Shown here: positions 11,383-21,156 of the stretch, piece by piece | How the letters are laid out: each line of letters opens with the position of its first letter | Numbering within the stretch: position 1 is the first letter of the stretch | Source of the DNA: Nocardia sp. | GTDB lineage: Bacteria; Actinomycetota; Actinomycetes; Mycobacteriales; Mycobacteriaceae | Reading direction: 5' to 3' | Assembly: GCA_017354515.1 (NCBI GenBank) | Contig: JAFMQT010000001.1 | Location: 1-38,483, forward strand | DNA: 38,483 nt | The notes under the pieces: model-generated | Seen by the model: the letters and a program-made list of their open reading frames with translations, nothing else | Databases searched by the model: none | Told to the model about the DNA's origin: nothing | Program-made: the position numbers and the translations under genes

Positions 11383-12909
11383 TCAGGAGCATCCACAGTT
11401 TCGCAGCGCGGTCGCGACGGTATCCAGGGCCGGTCGACTGGCCTCCGGCGGCCGATCGTTCGACATCAGTGCGAAGGTCATGACGCGGCCGTCGCGATCC
11501 AACACATATCCAGCCAACGCACTCGACACCGACAGAGTTCCGGTCTTGGCCCGCACCCATCCGGCTCCGGCGCGTTGCGGGCCGCGATCGGCGAACCGAT
11601 CGGCCAAGGTGCCGCTCCCGCCGGCGATCGGCAGATAGTCCAGCAGCGGCGCCAGCGAGGCACCGGGTGGGCTCGTACCTCCGGCGGCGCCGGTGGGGTC
11701 GGCGCCCGTGGACGGCTGCGGTACACCGCTCGTGCTCCCGGCCGTGCCCTCGGCGGGGGTGGTCGCCGAACCCGCGGCCACCGCGAGGATTCGATCCAGC
11801 AGCCGGGCCGGAACCCGGTCGTTGACCGACAGTCCGCTGTTGTCGACCAGGCTCATTCCCGTGATGTCGAATCCCGCGGCGTGCAAGGTCGTCGCGGTGG
11901 CCGCGGCGGCCCCGGCGAAGGACCGCTCGCCACCGGCGGCCCCGGCGATCTCCCGGCCGATCGCCTCCGCGAGGACATCGTCGGAGTGATTCATCATGTC
12001 GCGCAAGCGATCCCGTAGCAGCGCCGAATCCACATGGGCCAGGTCTGCGGCTCCCGGAGCGGCCTTGCCCAGATGCACCTTCGCCGGATCGACCCCCAGT
12101 CCCTGTGCCAGCCGGCGGCCCGCGTCCAGCGCCGGGGTACCCGAGCGCCGCGAATAATCCGCGAGCGGATCCAGACGCCCGCCGTCCAGCATGACCGATT
12201 CGATGGGCGCCCAGGAACCGCCGGCGATATCGGCCGGATCCCACCCGGCCGGCCAGGTCGGCCCGGCATACGCGGAATTGTCGACCACCACCGAATCCAC
12301 CGGATGCCCGCCGGCGCGAATCTGGCTGATCAGATCGGACAGTTTGGGAGCGTTCGTGTAGTAACCCTTACCGTCGGGCTGAGCGGTCAGCGTCGGATCA
12401 CCCGCGCCGACCAGAACCACCTCACCGGGAGTGGAACCGGCCACGACTCGGGTAGTGAGCCGATGATCGGGCGGCAGCGCCAGCATGGCCGCACCGGCGG
12501 TCAGGACCTTGAGTGTGGAGGCGGGAATCACCGGCTTATCCGAGGACGCGCTCCACACGGCCTTCCCGGTCGCGGGATCGGAGACCGATCCGGAGAACGA
12601 ACCCAGATCCGGGCTCGCCGCCACCTGGGCCAGCGCCTTCTGCAGCCCCGGCGTGCTGGGCGGATTCCCCTGCTCGAACGCCGGAACCACGCGGGGCGAG
12701 ACCTGCGCCGGAGTGGGCGCGGCCGCGATGCGTAGTCCGCCGTGCCGGAATTCCGCGGTCCACGGCCGCACGGTGACCAGCACCACCGCGATCGCCACGA
12801 CGATGACGACCGCGACCGTCGTCCATATCCACTTTCCGCGGCTACGGCGAGCCGGCGGCCCACCCGTACTGTTGTTCACTGGCCCAACCACGTGACAGCT
12901 GTCTCCCAT
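11383..12909 (-). CDS. dacB: D-alanyl-D-alanine carboxypeptidase/endopeptidase (peptidase S13, PBP4)
   Basis: N-terminal TM, PASTLK (SxxK), SDD in the SxN position, KTGTL. Rv3627c-like synteny. Confidence 0.92.
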   Translation of the reverse strand: MGDSCHVVGPVNNSTGGPPARRSRGKWIWTTVAVVIVVAIAVVLVTVRPWTAEFRHGGLRIAAAPTPAQVSPRVVPAFEQGNPPSTPGLQKALAQVAASPDLGSFSGSVSDPATGKAVWSASSDKPVIPASTLKVLTAGAAMLALPPDHRLTTRVVAGSTPGEVVLVGAGDPTLTAQPDGKGYYTNAPKLSDLISQIRAGGHPVDSVVVDNSAYAGPTWPAGWDPADIAGGSWAPIESVMLDGGRLDPLADYSRRSGTPALDAGRRLAQGLGVDPAKVHLGKAAPGAADLAHVDSALLRDRLRDMMNHSDDVLAEAIGREIAGAAGGERSFAGAAAATATTLHAAGFDITGMSLVDNSGLSVNDRVPARLLDRILAVAAGSATTPAEGTAGSTSGVPQPSTGADPTGAAGGTSPPGASLAPLLDYLPIAGGSGTLADRFADRGPQRAGAGWVRAKTGTLSVSSALAGYVLDRDGRVMTFALMSNDRPPEASRPALDTVATALRNCGCS

Positions 12910-13083
12910 TCACCCGTGCGGAGGCGGACTCCCTGCCGCACCCCTGCGCGCATCGACCACACTATCCTCACCTCGCTGGCGTTCGGCCGAACGAGTTGGC
13001 GAGTCGGCCGCCGCACACGCGGTCCGGCTGCCACACCGCAAACCTATTGACCACACCGCAAACGTATCGACGAAGGAGATGAC

Positions 13084-13575
13084 GTGGAGTTCGACGTCAC
13101 CATCGAGATCCCCAAGGGGCAGCGCAACAAATACGAGGTCGACCACGAGACCGGCCGGGTGCGCCTGGACCGCTACCTCTACACCCCGATGGTCTACCCC
13201 GCCGACTACGGCTACATCGAGAACACCCTCGGCTCGGACGGCGATCCGCTGGACTGCCTGGTGCTGCTGCCGGAGTCGGTGTTCCCGGGCGTCATCGTCG
13301 AGGCCCGTCCGGTGGGTGTGCTGCTGATGAGCGACGAGGCCGGCGGCGACGAGAAGGTGGTGGCGGTTCCGGCCGGCGACAAGCGGTGGGACCACATCCA
13401 GGATGTGGCCGATATCCCGGAATTCGACCGCAAGGCCATCGAGCACTTCTTCGAGCACTACAAGGACCTCGAGCCCGGCAAATGGGTCAAGGTCGACGGC
13501 TGGGACGGCCGCGCCAAGGCCGAACAGCTGACCACCGAGGCCGTGGCGCGTCTGCAGGACAAGGGCGGGCACTAG
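13084..13575 (+). CDS. ppa: Inorganic pyrophosphatase
   Basis: [40 protein letters not shown] upstream. Confidence 0.97.
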   Translation: MEFDVTIEIPKGQRNKYEVDHETGRVRLDRYLYTPMVYPADYGYIENTLGSDGDPLDCLVLLPESVFPGVIVEARPVGVLLMSDEAGGDEKVVAVPAGDKRWDHIQDVADIPEFDRKAIEHFFEHYKDLEPGKWVKVDGWDGRAKAEQLTTEAVARLQDKGGH

Positions 13576-13668
13576 AACAAACAAGGCCTGGTACCGGCCA
13601 CACGCTGCCCGACGCCGCCACGGCGCTCGTGAACTCCGCGTTCACCGAGCGCCGTGCCGGCGCGTCGC

Positions 13669-14490
13669 CTACTTTCCCTTGAATTCGGGCTGCCGCTTCT
13701 CGAACACCGCCTGCACCGCCTCGGTGAGATCCTCGGACGGCAGGAAGGCCGAATTCCAGGCCGAGACATAGCGCAGCCCGTCCGCGATCCGGCCGACCCG
13801 CGGCTGCTCCAGCACATCCTTGACGCCCTGCACCACCAGCGGCGGATTGCCGGCGATCTCCTGGGCCAGCGCGTCCGCGGCGGCCAGCACCGCCTCCTGA
13901 TCCGGGTAGACATCGTTGACCAGGTGGATCTGCTGCGCCCGAGCCGCGTCGATATCCTTTCCGGTATAAGCCAATTCGCGCAGATGGCCCTCGCCGATGA
14001 TGCCCGGCAGCCGCTGCAGCGAACCCACGTCCGCGACGATCGCGACCTTGGCCTCCCGCAGGCTGAAGGTGGCCTCGGCACTGGCCAAACGGATATCGGC
14101 GGCCGCGATCAGATCCAGGCCACCACCCACGCACCACCCGGATACCGCGGCGATGACGGGTTTGCGGCAGGCGGCGACCGCGGTCACCGCGTCCTGCAAC
14201 CGCCGCACATCGCGCAGGAAATCGGTGCGCGGGGCGGCCAGCGCCTTATCCGCCATCAGCGGCACGAAGGTCTGCCCCATCGCCGACAGGTCCAGGCCGT
14301 AGGAGAAATTCTTCCCGGAACCGGTCAGCACGATCGCCCGAATCTGCGGATCGCTGTCGAGTTCGCCGAAGACCTGCGGCAGTTCGGCCCAGAAATCCGG
14401 CCCCATCGCATTGCCCTTACCGGGGCCGGTCAACGTCACCCGCGCGATGTGACCGGTGCGTTCGACGGTGAAAGCCTTCCAATCGCTCAT
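13669..14490 (-). CDS. Enoyl-CoA hydratase/crotonase family protein
   Basis: ATG at 14490 (MSDWKAF). [34 protein letters not shown]. Confidence 0.92.
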   Translation of the reverse strand: MSDWKAFTVERTGHIARVTLTGPGKGNAMGPDFWAELPQVFGELDSDPQIRAIVLTGSGKNFSYGLDLSAMGQTFVPLMADKALAAPRTDFLRDVRRLQDAVTAVAACRKPVIAAVSGWCVGGGLDLIAAADIRLASAEATFSLREAKVAIVADVGSLQRLPGIIGEGHLRELAYTGKDIDAARAQQIHLVNDVYPDQEAVLAAADALAQEIAGNPPLVVQGVKDVLEQPRVGRIADGLRYVSAWNSAFLPSEDLTEAVQAVFEKRQPEFKGK

Positions 14491-14580
14491 GGGGTCAGCG
14501 TATCGGTCCCCCGGCCCGGACGGACCGCCGATTCCGGGCGGCTGGACCGCACGCGGAGCCGGCGACGTAGGTTGGAAGCC

Positions 14581-15135
14581 GTGAGTTTCCAGCGACCGGA
14601 TCTCGATCTTCCCGCGGTCGAATCCGAATCCGAGCATGACGGCGTCACCGCCGCGCAGTACCGATCGGCCATGCGGCACTATCCGGCCGGAGTCACCATC
14701 GTGACGCTGAGCCGGCCCGATCGGCCGGTAGGTTTCACCGCCACCTCCTTCGCCTCGCTATCGCTGGAACCGCCCCTGATCTCGTTCAATATCGCGCACA
14801 CGTCCTCCTCGATCGAGGCGATGGCGGCGGCGGATTCGGTCGTGGTGCATTTCCTCGGCGCCCATCAGCACGACTTGGCGCGGCGGTTCGCCGGCTCCGC
14901 CGAACAGCGGTTCTCGGACCGGTCGCTGTGGTCCCCGCTCGATACCGGTGAACCGGTTCTGACCGGCACCCCGATCTGGGTGCGTGCGGTCGTGCACCAG
15001 CGAATTCCGATCGGCGATCACACCCTGGTCGTCGGCCTGGTCACCCGGGTACACGACGAGACCGGCGGGCAGCCGATCCGCAATCCGCTGCTGTACTACA
15101 ACGGCACGTACCATCGTCCGGCCGAGTTGGACTGA
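14581..15135 (+). CDS. Flavin reductase family protein
   Basis: [46 protein letters not shown] start at 14581 inferred. Confidence 0.9.
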   Translation: MSFQRPDLDLPAVESESEHDGVTAAQYRSAMRHYPAGVTIVTLSRPDRPVGFTATSFASLSLEPPLISFNIAHTSSSIEAMAAADSVVVHFLGAHQHDLARRFAGSAEQRFSDRSLWSPLDTGEPVLTGTPIWVRAVVHQRIPIGDHTLVVGLVTRVHDETGGQPIRNPLLYYNGTYHRPAELD

Positions 15136-15262
15136 ACCGAGAATTGGACTGAACCGCGAATCACACTGGACCACAGTCTATTTCCGTCACGCGGCCACAT
15201 CCGGCCGAAGTGCCGCCGAGCTCCGCACTTGACATCCGCACGGAATTTCTGCAACCCTCTGA

Positions 15263-15378
15263 CCAGGTCATGAGTACCAGCGTCAAGCCCCGGCTCGCTG
15301 GTCGGCAACCCTCCTCCGCGGTGGGGTGCTCCGGGTGACGACCTGGCCGTTGTCCGACCGGGCACGGCAAGCGCGGAC
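15263..15378 (+). promoter_or_regulatory. SAM-IV riboswitch
   Basis: GGTCATGAGTACCAGCGTCAAGCCCCGGCTCGCTGGTCGGCAACCCTCC...GCGGTGGGGTGCTCCGGGTGACGACC...CGGCAAG matches the actinobacterial SAM-IV consensus and lies directly upstream of a sulfur-metabolism PLP enzyme. Confidence 0.9.
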
Positions 15379-15420
15379 TCCACCGACCCTTTCGGAGTCC
15401 CTGAACAAGGGATTGCCCTC

Positions 15421-16806
15421 ATGAATACCGCCGTATCCATCCTCGCCCGCACCTGCACGATCGCTGAAGCCGTTGCCTCCCAGCCGATTCGCACCCACTC
15501 GCAGTGTGTGGCCGACCTCCCCGCGGCCCGCGTGACAGGTTGCGATCTACGAGTTCCCCTGGTGCAGGGCGGATCTCGCAGCTACGCGAATTTCGACTAC
15601 GCCGCCAGCGCGCCCGCGCTCGCGGCGGTCGCGGACCGGGTGAACGACCTGCTGCCCTACTACGCGAGTGTGCATCGCGGCGCCGGTTACGCCTCCCGCA
15701 TTACCACCGATTGCTATGAGGCAGCGCGCAATTCGGTATTCCGGTCGCTGAACTGCACCGACGATCAGGTGGTGGTGTTCACCCGCAACACCACCGACGC
15801 CTTGAACCTGCTGGCCGCCTGCGTCCCCGGCGACACCGTCGTGCTCGATATCGAACACCACGCGAACCTGCTGCCCTGGACGCGCAACGGCCGGCGCGTG
15901 GTTCGCGCCGCCGACACCATCGCCGAGACACTGCGCCGGATCGTCGCCGAACTGTGCTCGAAACCGGCTGCGCTGCTGGCGATTACCGGTGCGTCCAATG
16001 TTACCGGTGAGATTCTGCCGCTGGCCGAACTCGCCTCGATCGCGCATCGCTGCGGGGCGCGGATCCTGGTCGACGCGGCCCAATTGGCACCGCACCGTCG
16101 CGTCGATCTGCGGGGCTGCGATATCGACTATGTGGCCTTCTCCGGCCACAAGCTGTACGCGCCGTTCGGCGGCGGCGTACTGGCCGGACGCCGCGACTGG
16201 CTGGACTCGGCCCCGCCCTATCTCGCCGGTGGCGGCGCGGTGACCGAGGTGTCCACCGAACGGGCCCACTGGGCGCCCGCACCCGCACGGCACGAGGCGG
16301 GTTCACCGAATGTGCTGGGCGCGGTGGCCATCGCCGCCGCCTGTGAGGCCCTGGACGCACTCGACGAGCAGCGGGTCATCTCGCATGAGCGGATACTGAC
16401 CCGGCGGCTGCGCGACGGGCTGAAAAGCCTTGCGGGCGTGCGGGTGTTGCGGCTATTCGCCGACAGCACCGAGTCGGTCGGCATCGTGGCGTTCACCGTG
16501 GACGGCTATGCGCCCGGCCACGTCGCGAGCTATCTGTCGGCCGAATACGGGATCGGGGTGCGTGACGGCGGATTCTGCGCACATCCGCTGCTCACCCGCC
16601 TCGGCGTGGACGGTGCGGTGCGGGCGAGTATCGGCCTGGGGACCTCGGGCGCCGATGTGGACCGGCTGCTCGAGGCGTTGCGGCGGTTGGTCACCGCGGG
16701 CCCACGCTGGGAATACACCGATGCCGAGGGCTGCTGGTCGCCGCTGCCGGAGACCCGGACCGGACTCACCGATTCCACCCGCGGATCCGCACCCTGCGCC
16801 TTCTGA
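15421..16806 (+). CDS. Class V PLP-dependent aminotransferase / cysteine desulfurase-like
   Basis: NFDYAASAP, SVHRG, EHHAN, DAAQ, FSGHKLYAP (PLP Lys), GVRDGGFCAHP. Confidence 0.92.
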   Translation: MNTAVSILARTCTIAEAVASQPIRTHSQCVADLPAARVTGCDLRVPLVQGGSRSYANFDYAASAPALAAVADRVNDLLPYYASVHRGAGYASRITTDCYEAARNSVFRSLNCTDDQVVVFTRNTTDALNLLAACVPGDTVVLDIEHHANLLPWTRNGRRVVRAADTIAETLRRIVAELCSKPAALLAITGASNVTGEILPLAELASIAHRCGARILVDAAQLAPHRRVDLRGCDIDYVAFSGHKLYAPFGGGVLAGRRDWLDSAPPYLAGGGAVTEVSTERAHWAPAPARHEAGSPNVLGAVAIAAACEALDALDEQRVISHERILTRRLRDGLKSLAGVRVLRLFADSTESVGIVAFTVDGYAPGHVASYLSAEYGIGVRDGGFCAHPLLTRLGVDGAVRASIGLGTSGADVDRLLEALRRLVTAGPRWEYTDAEGCWSPLPETRTGLTDSTRGSAPCAF

Positions 16807-16813
16807 ATGCCGG

Positions 16814-17032
16814 TCAGGGCACCATGTAGCGGACGGCGAGTTCCTCGATCAGGGGGTCGTCGTCCGCGATGGAGGCCAAGAGCTCGAGGTCACGTTCGAT
16901 CGCGATCTGGCGTGGGTCGTCCTGCTCGGGATCGGGGGCGCCGTCCTCCTTCAATTGGCGCAGTAACTTCTCCCGCACCCGCGACTTCAACGAATCGGTA
17001 GCTTCCGAATCGGTCATCTCCGAGTTGGTCAT
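16814..17032 (-). CDS. Small acidic hypothetical protein
   Basis: MTNSEMTDSEATDSLKSRVREKLLRQL... with GGGG purine run upstream; downstream of DUF2752 on the same strand. Confidence 0.6.
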   Translation of the reverse strand: MTNSEMTDSEATDSLKSRVREKLLRQLKEDGAPDPEQDDPRQIAIERDLELLASIADDDPLIEELAVRYMVP

Positions 17033-17050
17033 ATCCCCCAGCATGCCCCG

Positions 17051-17497
17051 CTAGACCGGAGCCAACCAGGTCCCCCACGGCGTGTTGCGCAACACCGTGA
17101 AAACCACCAGCACGCCGGCCAGCATCCACTGCCCCCGCGGACGCAGCGTGAACGGAAATGCGCTGCCGCCGGAACCCCGCCATCGATTCACCGTCCACGA
17201 TCCCCACCACAACACGACCGTGACCAGCAGCGGAAGCACGAAGACGTTGCTGTGCACGGCATCGAGCACCCGCCCCTCGGTGAGGTTGTGCACAGCCCGC
17301 ATCCCCCCGCATCCCGGACACCACAAACCGGTCACCGCGTAGAACGGACAGATCCCGTAGGAGCCCGGCGTGTGCGGATCACGAAAATGCAGCAGCAGCG
17401 CACCCGCGACCCCGCCCCCCGCGACGAGCGCCGGCAGCCCCGCGGTTCGCCACCGCCCCGGCGAGGATCGTCCCGGCACGCCACGCGCGATATCCAC
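17051..17497 (-). CDS. DUF2752 family membrane protein
   Basis: [19 protein letters not shown] signature, hydrophobic segments, FTVLRN. GTG start at 17497 inferred. Confidence 0.85.
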   Translation of the reverse strand: MDIARGVPGRSSPGRWRTAGLPALVAGGGVAGALLLHFRDPHTPGSYGICPFYAVTGLWCPGCGGMRAVHNLTEGRVLDAVHSNVFVLPLLVTVVLWWGSWTVNRWRGSGGSAFPFTLRPRGQWMLAGVLVVFTVLRNTPWGTWLAPV

Positions 17498-17544
17498 CCC
17501 CTTACAGTACCGATATCGGATGGTTCGGCCGGGCTCGGCGAATT

Positions 17545-17662
17545 CAAGGTCGCCAGCCGCCGCTGGACCACCGCTCGATGAGTCCGTCCCGGATCCGAAG
17601 TGGTACCGCACCGCCGAGTTGTTGCGCTGACCGGCCGCGGCGGCGATCTCGCGCAGCGGCAC
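17545..17662 (-). pseudogene. TetR-family regulator fragment
   Basis: [24 protein letters not shown], then two single-base deletions. Restoring them gives [16 protein letters not shown]. In-frame TAG immediately upstream; rest of the gene absent. Confidence 0.8.
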
Positions 17663-17694
17663 CTAAGGTGATTACCCTATCGAAAGGATTCGCG

Positions 17695-18483
17695 ATGATC
17701 TTGGACAAGTTCCGCCTGGACGGCCGGGTCGCCGTTGTCACCGGCGCCGGCCGCGGTATCGGCGCCGCCGCGGCCATCGCCCTGGCCGAAGCCGGAGCCG
17801 ATGTCGCCATCGCCGCACGCACCCAATCGCAACTCGACGAGGTCGCCGAGAAGATCCGTACGACCGGACGCAAGGCGCTGACCGTGGCCGGTGATCTGTC
17901 CGATCTCTCCGCGGTCGCGGGCCTGGCGGACGCGGCGGCCACCGAATTCGGGCGCATCGACATCGTGGTCAACAATGTCGGCGGCACCATGCCGAACACC
18001 TTCCTGACCACGTCGTCGGACTTCCTCGAAGAGGCCTTCCGCTTCAATGTCTCCACCGCGCACGCCCTCACCCAGGCCGCGGTCCCGCATATGCTCGACG
18101 GCGGTGTCGGCTCGGTGGTCAATATCTCCTCGATGATGGGCCGCGAACCAGGGCGCGGATTCCTCGCCTATGGGACCGCCAAGGCGGCCCTCGCGCACTG
18201 GACCCGGCTGGCCGCATCGGACCTGGCGCCGAAGATCCGGGTCAATGCCATCTGTGTGGGATCGGTGCTGACCTCCGCCCTGGACGTGGTGGCACAGAAC
18301 CCTGAGGTCAAGGCGAAGATGGAGGCTGCCACCCCGATGCACCGCCTCGGCGATCCGACCGATATCGCCGCGGGCATCGTCTACCTGTGCTCACCCGCGG
18401 GCAGCTACCTCACCGGCAAGGTGCTCGAGATCGACGGTGGTCTCATCGCGCCGAACCTGGAACTGGGCCTGCCCGATCTATGA
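17695..18483 (+). CDS. Short-chain dehydrogenase/reductase
   Basis: ATG at 17695 after [27 protein letters not shown]. Confidence 0.93.
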   Translation: MILDKFRLDGRVAVVTGAGRGIGAAAAIALAEAGADVAIAARTQSQLDEVAEKIRTTGRKALTVAGDLSDLSAVAGLADAAATEFGRIDIVVNNVGGTMPNTFLTTSSDFLEEAFRFNVSTAHALTQAAVPHMLDGGVGSVVNISSMMGREPGRGFLAYGTAKAALAHWTRLAASDLAPKIRVNAICVGSVLTSALDVVAQNPEVKAKMEAATPMHRLGDPTDIAAGIVYLCSPAGSYLTGKVLEIDGGLIAPNLELGLPDL

Positions 18484-18572
18484 TCGCCGATCCCCGCCTG
18501 CGCGCACCAATCTCTCGTTAACCTGGATGGAAATCGAACTTCCGTTGTAGAGAATCGTGTTTTCGGAGCGAC

Positions 18573-19292
18573 ATGGCGACATATGTGCTGGTCCACGGAG
18601 GCGGCCACGGGGGCTGGTGCTACCGCAAGGTCACCAAGTTGCTACATGAGGCGGGCCATGAGGTGTACGCCCCGAGCCTGTCCGGCCTGGCCGATCGCGC
18701 CCATCTGCGAATGGCCGGAATCGGACTCGACACCCATATCCAGGACATCGCGGGCCTGATCGAAGCCGAGGACCTGAGCGATGTCTACCTGGTGGGACAC
18801 AGTTACGGCGGCATGGTGATCACCGGCGCCGCCGATCGGGTCGTCGACCGGATCGGCGGCCTGGTGTACCTGGACGCGGCCAATCCACGCAACGGACAGT
18901 CCCTGGTCGATGTGGCCGGCCCGATCATCACCGTGACCCGGGATTTCGGCGAAACCGTCGACGGCGTGGAATTCGTCCTGCAGCCCTTCGAAAATGCCGG
19001 AATGGCGTACGGCGTCACCGATCCCGACGATCTGGCCTGGATGCAGACCCGCCTCACCGCCCACCCCTGGAAGTGTTTCGAGGACCCGCTCGAACTGCGT
19101 GATGAACAGGCTCTCCAGGCCCTGCCGACGTACCACATCGTCTGTACCTCCACCCTCGCCACCAGGGAACCCGAACTGGTCGAACAGGCCAGATCCCAAG
19201 GGCGACTGTGGGATATCGACACGGGCCACGACCTGATGATCACCGAACCACGAGCCGTCACCGACGCTCTGCTCGAGATCGCCGCCCACTGA
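18573..19292 (+). CDS. Alpha/beta hydrolase (esterase-like)
   Basis: VLVHGGGHGGWCY, GHSYGG, LVYLDA, TGHDLM. Confidence 0.92.
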   Translation: MATYVLVHGGGHGGWCYRKVTKLLHEAGHEVYAPSLSGLADRAHLRMAGIGLDTHIQDIAGLIEAEDLSDVYLVGHSYGGMVITGAADRVVDRIGGLVYLDAANPRNGQSLVDVAGPIITVTRDFGETVDGVEFVLQPFENAGMAYGVTDPDDLAWMQTRLTAHPWKCFEDPLELRDEQALQALPTYHIVCTSTLATREPELVEQARSQGRLWDIDTGHDLMITEPRAVTDALLEIAAH

Positions 19293-19609
19293 ATGACATA
19301 CCGCATCGCGGACCGGCCGGGCGGATGCCAGCGAAAACCCCCTGCGAGCTGGACATACGACCGGCTTACGGCCAGGTAGTTGAACACCGCAAGACCATCG
19401 AGCGGAGTCGGAGGCACGAACGGGGAAAACCCGCGCGAAACCACAGCTAAGGATTGGCAAACACGCAGGTCGACCGATTCCGACGGAATTGATGGTTCCC
19501 CGGTCTGCCCCTACCTTTCGGGACTGTTGTTCGGAATTTCCCAGTCAAACAGGGAAATATTCCGACAACGCCACCAAGTAACCGAAAGATGAGGGAGTTG
19601 ACAGAAAGT

Positions 19610-20074
19610 ATGACCGCCATCACTCGTCGCATGCTGGCCTCCGTCGCCGTCGCCGCGGCCGTCGCGACCCCCGTTATCGGCGGAATCACCGTCGCCGGAG
19701 CCGACGCGATCAAGCTGCCGTCCGGTGTCACCGTCAACGTGCCGAGCGGCTCGAGCTCCAGCCCGACCAAGGACGACGACCACGACAAGGACGACAAGGC
19801 GTCGGTCGACGCGGCCCAGAAGATCCTGACGTCGATCCAGGACGCCAAGAACGCGGAAGCTCTCGAGGGAGAGCTCGACAAGGACATCAAGGGTCTCGCC
19901 GACAACGAGTCCGCGATCCCGGCCAAGGTCAAGGACGAGTACAAGAAGTTCGAGAGCGAACTGAAGGACGCCAAGTCGAACAACAGCCTCGACGGCGACA
20001 AGAGCTCGGACACCTTCAAGAAGATCCAGAGCGACGCCAAGACCCTCAGCAGCGACCTGAAGTCCGCTTCCTGA
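19610..20074 (+). CDS. Secreted Lys/Asp-rich hypothetical protein
   Basis: Signal peptide MTAITRRMLASVAVAAAVATPVIGGITVAGADA. Strongly GC3-biased codons. Followed by a palindrome. Confidence 0.8.
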   Translation: MTAITRRMLASVAVAAAVATPVIGGITVAGADAIKLPSGVTVNVPSGSSSSPTKDDDHDKDDKASVDAAQKILTSIQDAKNAEALEGELDKDIKGLADNESAIPAKVKDEYKKFESELKDAKSNNSLDGDKSSDTFKKIQSDAKTLSSDLKSAS

Positions 20075-20089
20075 TCCAGGTCACCGGAC

Positions 20090-20121
20090 CCGCCCGAGCC
20101 TGACCGGTCAGGCTCGGGCGG
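20090..20121. terminator. Perfect 32-bp palindrome, probable bidirectional terminator
   Basis: CCGCCCGAGCCTGACCGGTCAGGCTCGGGCGG between convergent genes. Confidence 0.75.
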
Positions 20122-20135
20122 TCTTGTTAGGAGGA

Positions 20136-20684
20136 CTATCCCTTGGGCTGCAACGGATTCGGCGGCGGCAGTTCCCGATAGTAGTAATACGACGGTTCGG
20201 GCTGACCCGGCTCGGTATCGGTGTAACCGTGCCGCTCGTAGAAGCGGCGGGCGTCGGTGTCCTGCCCGTCGACATTGATCTCGAGCAGTTGCCCACCCCG
20301 ACCCCGCACCACAGCCTCGGCGGCATCCAGCAACGCCGACCCGATACCCCGGTTACGCCGCGGCGGCGCCACGTAGAGCTCATCCAGCAGCCCGACCGGT
20401 CCGTCATAAAAAGCATTGGGCCGCAAGGTGATCAGGGCAAATCCGACCGGCGGATCACCGGCCAGTAGCGCCACCATATCCGGCCCGGCCAGCAGTCGCG
20501 CAAGTCTGGCGGTCAGCACCTCGGGACCGGGTGTGGGCGAATCGAATTCCCGATTGAATGCGTCCAGGAGAACGGCCACAGTACCGGCGTCACCCACACC
20601 GGCCACATCGACGGTCACCACCACCCCATGATGCTCCGATCTTCTGCCCGCAGCAGGCAGCGAGGAGTGGACGCGGTCAGTCAC
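20136..20684 (-). CDS. GNAT family N-acetyltransferase (true start probably ~20620)
   Basis: LLDELYVAPPRRNRGIGSALL, INVD..DTDARRFYERHGY. Confidence 0.9.
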   Translation of the reverse strand: MTDRVHSSLPAAGRRSEHHGVVVTVDVAGVGDAGTVAVLLDAFNREFDSPTPGPEVLTARLARLLAGPDMVALLAGDPPVGFALITLRPNAFYDGPVGLLDELYVAPPRRNRGIGSALLDAAEAVVRGRGGQLLEINVDGQDTDARRFYERHGYTDTEPGQPEPSYYYYRELPPPNPLQPKG

Positions 20685-21156
20685 GCTGCGCGCCCACCGG
20701 CCAGACCACGGTCACCGGTATTCCGCGCGCTTCGGCTACAGCGACGACATCGGCGGTTCCGCCGTAGCCGCGCGCCGGTTTGCCATCCCACACCGCGAAC
20801 AACTCGTCTGCCAGCTCCAGCATTCGTACACTCCCCGCCTGGTGCGCCTCGGAACTCGATTCCTCGTAGTCGAGTTCGATCACCTCGGACGCCGCGGCCA
20901 GCAACTCATCATACGTAGTGTGATGGCCAGCAGGCAGGCTGTGCCGGTATTGCCGAGCGGGCACGATCACGATGAGCAATCCACCCAGCTCGAGCACGGT
21001 GTTGGCGAACAGCGAGTCGGCACCGTCGGCGATACAGCTGATTCCGGTCAGATCCGCACGGGCGCGAATCGCTAATTCAGCTCGTAATGCTTTGTCTACC
21101 AACGATGTTGTCGCATCCGGCAAGCCTCGGTGCCCTGTTATCGCAATCCGCGTCAT
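20677..21156 (-). CDS. SLOG-superfamily (YspA/Smf-like Rossmann) nucleotide-binding protein
   Basis: IAITGHR, SCIADGADSLFA, LFAVWDGKPARGYGGTADVV. ATG at 21156 overlaps the upstream TGA. Confidence 0.75.
   Translation of the reverse strand: MTRIAITGHRGLPDATTSLVDKALRAELAIRARADLTGISCIADGADSLFANTVLELGGLLIVIVPARQYRHSLPAGHHTTYDELLAAASEVIELDYEESSSEAHQAGSVRMLELADELFAVWDGKPARGYGGTADVVAVAEARGIPVTVVWPVGAQRD

Noticed and set aside
11375-12244. N-terminal extension of the 662-aa ORF 10256..12244
   Set aside because: Overlaps dacB in another frame; Arg/Gly-rich non-protein-like sequence. The real gene starts ~11374.
13654-14580. Apparent 493-aa fusion ending in flavin reductase
   Set aside because: The upstream part is antisense to the crotonase gene.
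17051-17662. TetR-DUF2752 fusion protein
   Set aside because: Chance read-through from a frameshifted TetR relic; the HTH is incomplete.
20090-20121. Perfect palindrome as a mobile-element end or att site
   Set aside because: Its position between convergent stops is adequately explained by a terminator.
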